A DNA stretch of 63,674 bases, counting the filler, from Perkinsus olseni (Eukaryota): the NCBI GenBank assembly GCA_013115125.1. It is 25 parts of 25 records of this genome, joined end to end, with 100 filler letters (N's around TTAATTAATTAA, not from the genome) between each part and the next. Parts side by side here need not be neighbours in the genome. Positions count along the whole stretch, not along the records: positions 61,272 to 63,674 come from JABANN010001582.1; 24 more parts are not named here. The stretch is one strand, 5' to 3'. The notes beneath the pieces were generated by a model. The model was not told the origin of the DNA and searched no databases. It saw only the letters and a program-made list of their open reading frames with translations. This document shows positions 61,346 to 63,674 of this stretch, in pieces; within the stretch, counting starts at the first letter, position 1; each line of letters starts with the position of its first letter. The position numbers and the translations under genes were made by a program.

Positions 61346-63450
61346 ATCTTCTTAATCTTTGGACGCGGCTCGGCCGTGTAGGCCCTATAGCCGCCAATTT
61401 GGGCATCGAGAGTAGTCATCCTTCGTTATTGGAGCTGTAGTCGACCCGTACCACCAATAAATTTCTCTAGTTCTTGCACCAGAGCTCTATCTTTCAGCAG
61501 AATATCCCCGCATGGGGGAGGGCATTGGATGCCTCTTAGTCGCAGGGCTGCCAGAAGCTCACGCCTGTGTCGGCTCCAATGCTGGCAGCGGTATAGGAAG
61601 TGGTGGAAGTCCTCTTCCTCTCCCGAGTCACAGAAGGGGCATACAGAGGAACCGTGGTCTATCTTGCTCCTTGAGTACCGTAGTTGGTTACGGCCACAGA
61701 CAATCATCCAGAGGTTCTTACCGCCAGTGATGGTACATAGAGCGCGTAGGGCAGACATCGTAGGGACGAAATACTGGAGGGACCATCCGAGGGATCGCAC
61801 ATCCTTCTCATATGCTTCAGTGGCTGAAACCATAAGCCATTTATGCACGGTACGCGCCAGAGCCGACTGGGTGAAAGGGATCTTGAGAGGCGCCGCAGGC
61901 CCATGGTGAGCCGCGGCCCGCGCCGCTGCGTCGGCCTTCAGATTACCTATGCTGCCTTTTGAAGGAGTGTATCGCAGTCTGACAGTCACCCCCAGAGTGC
62001 CCAGTCGCTCGGTTATCGCCGAAGCTAAGGTACAGCCGCTGTGGCAGCCAGAGGTTTCTTTCGCGAGGTAATCAATGGCCCGGAGACAATCCGTGTAGAC
62101 GTAGGTCGCTCCCTTCATGAGCCTCAATTTCACCAACTCTCCCGCTTGAAGAATACCCATGAGCTCAGCCTGCACAGGGGTGCAGTGAACTGGCAGCTTG
62201 AAGCCGGCTGTCTGCCATTCGCCAGAGGGCAGTTTCCAGGCAACTCCACATCCAGCACATTCCCTTGCCGTCACTGAGCCGTCGGAGTACAGCTCCATTG
62301 AGTCCTGGGACAGGCTCCTCGAGGTTAGTGGGTTGACGCTCCGTGAGTTGAGTTGATTGAGCCGCACGATCAACTGGCCGCTCCACCGTATATGGGCCTA
62401 CGATGCTGGAGGTTATCCCAAGTACAGGATCGAGAGAGAAAAGCTCTGGCCACTGCACTCTTCGCTTCGCGCACTGTGCATAGCATAGCTCATCCCAAGC
62501 AACATTCTCCGGTCCGATGCGACAGGCGAATGCAGTCGGCGCGCGTCCGCTGATACGCCATGCCCGCCTGTAGAGCCTCGCTTGAAGGGAACGGAGCTGG
62601 TTAGCTATTCGTTTCCTACTCAAAGCAGTGCCCCAGCAGGCTACCCCATGTAGAAGATGACCCCGTGCAATGGTGTCCAGCAGACGAATGGCAGCTTCCG
62701 GAAGGAGGCCCCATGTGCTTCGCACATGCATCTTGACCGAGTGATATGCTCCTTCAATCCTCGACATCAGAGATGCCACGTGTGGCCCCCATCTGAATTT
62801 TCGGTCGAGACACATACCCAGCCAGTTTACACAGTCTTCAGTGATGTGGCAGTCCCCGATGCGGACTTCGACACCCTGCCCTCCGTGAACCCTTTTGGCT
62901 GGGAAGCACATCAACCGCGTTTTCGCCCAGGACAAACGACATTTGGTCGAGAGGCACCAGAGATCCAGTTTGCGGGATATGGCGTTCACCGAGGTTTGGA
63001 TGCTTGCCACGTCCTGATACCGGAAGAGGATGACACCATCATCAGCATAGATCACTGTCAGATAGGGTGTGAGAGAGGCCTCGAAGGTCAGCATGAAGGC
63101 ATTGAAGATCCAAGGGGATGTGACTCCACCTTGAGGAGTTCCCCTCGTGAGTGTGCGAGAGCATCGGTCCGAGCCGTGCTGCAGAGTGAATTCTCTAGAG
63201 CTCAGATAATCTCGAAGAAGCAAGAGATAATCCGACCGGACCTCGCGCTCCAGCAGCACCTTCAGCGCCGACCAAGTGCTGCATTTGTCGAAGGCACCCT
63301 CAATGTCAACAAAAACTGCTCCTACACTGTATCCTTCTGACCATGCCTGCTTGACGACCGATTCGAGTTGGCCTATCGCAGTGTCGCATCCTCTTCCCGG
63401 CCGATACGCATGGAGTGAGTCGGGGAAGCTAGTCTCTGCGCTGACTCTAC
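61272..63450 (-). mobile_element. 5'-truncated LINE with RT, RNase H and CCHC, ending in an (AAG)n tail; frameshift near 62375
   Basis: HAYRPGR, FVDIEGAFD, GTPQGGVTSP, YADD; YSDGS, QAEL, YTDC, GNLKAD; CPFC..EEEDFHHFLYRC. Confidence 0.92.
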
Positions 63451-63451
63451 G

Positions 63452-63674
63452 GAATGCGAAGCCCCAAAACTGTCCAACTTTACCCAGCGCAGTACCAATG
63501 GCTATACCAACAAACCTGAAGGAAAAAGGTGTCATCCGAGGATTGAACCGGGGACCTAACGCTACCCTAAGCTCGTCCGTACAATGCCATCCATCATACT
63601 ATCCACATCGGGATCGAAGAAGTACTTGAGGGCTTGCGCGAGGAGAAGGGCCTCCAAGGGCATGGCCACCCCCG
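63452..63674 (-). pseudogene. ABCB/MDR-type transporter TM fragment (exons 63674-63566 and 63515-63452) disrupted by the LINE
   Basis: GVAMPLEALLLAQALKYFFDPDVDSMMDGIVRTSLG/FVGIAIGTALGKVGQFWGF, joined by a 50-nt GT-AG intron. Confidence 0.6.

Overview
This window is not one locus. It is 25 unrelated contigs of about 2.4-2.5 kb, sorted by decreasing length and joined by an artificial 100-nt spacer (N44-TTAATTAATTAA-N44). The source is an intron-rich eukaryote with short GT-AG introns. The gene content (CRT-like transporter, EFSec, cathepsin L, Cys-rich GSYCKYW secreted protein, DIRS-like elements) fits an alveolate, most likely Perkinsus; this assignment is an inference. About half the contigs are transposon fragments: BEL/Pao-like and other LTR gag-pol, two DIRS/Ngaro-like elements, RLE-type and RNaseH-type LINEs, PIF/Harbinger, Tc1/mariner and a foldback-like element. 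Host genes include RPL8, EFSec, TTC38-like, an amino-acid transporter, a RING-H2 E3 ligase, a CRT-like transporter, an ABCB fragment, TIR-like membrane proteins, a PGRS-like Gly-rich protein, tRNA-Cys and tRNA-Arg. Most notable signals: (1) decayed tRNA sequences repeatedly embedded in short spliceosomal introns of three unrelated genes; (2) an identical 73-bp segment ending in TAG|GTG directly upstream of two different ORFs that share a synonymously diverged VGLSAALH peptide; (3) gag and RT ORFs in frame across a single stop in both DIRS-like elements, one in a UGA-CGG readthrough context; (4) several long perfect palindromes. All calls were read by eye, with no database searches.
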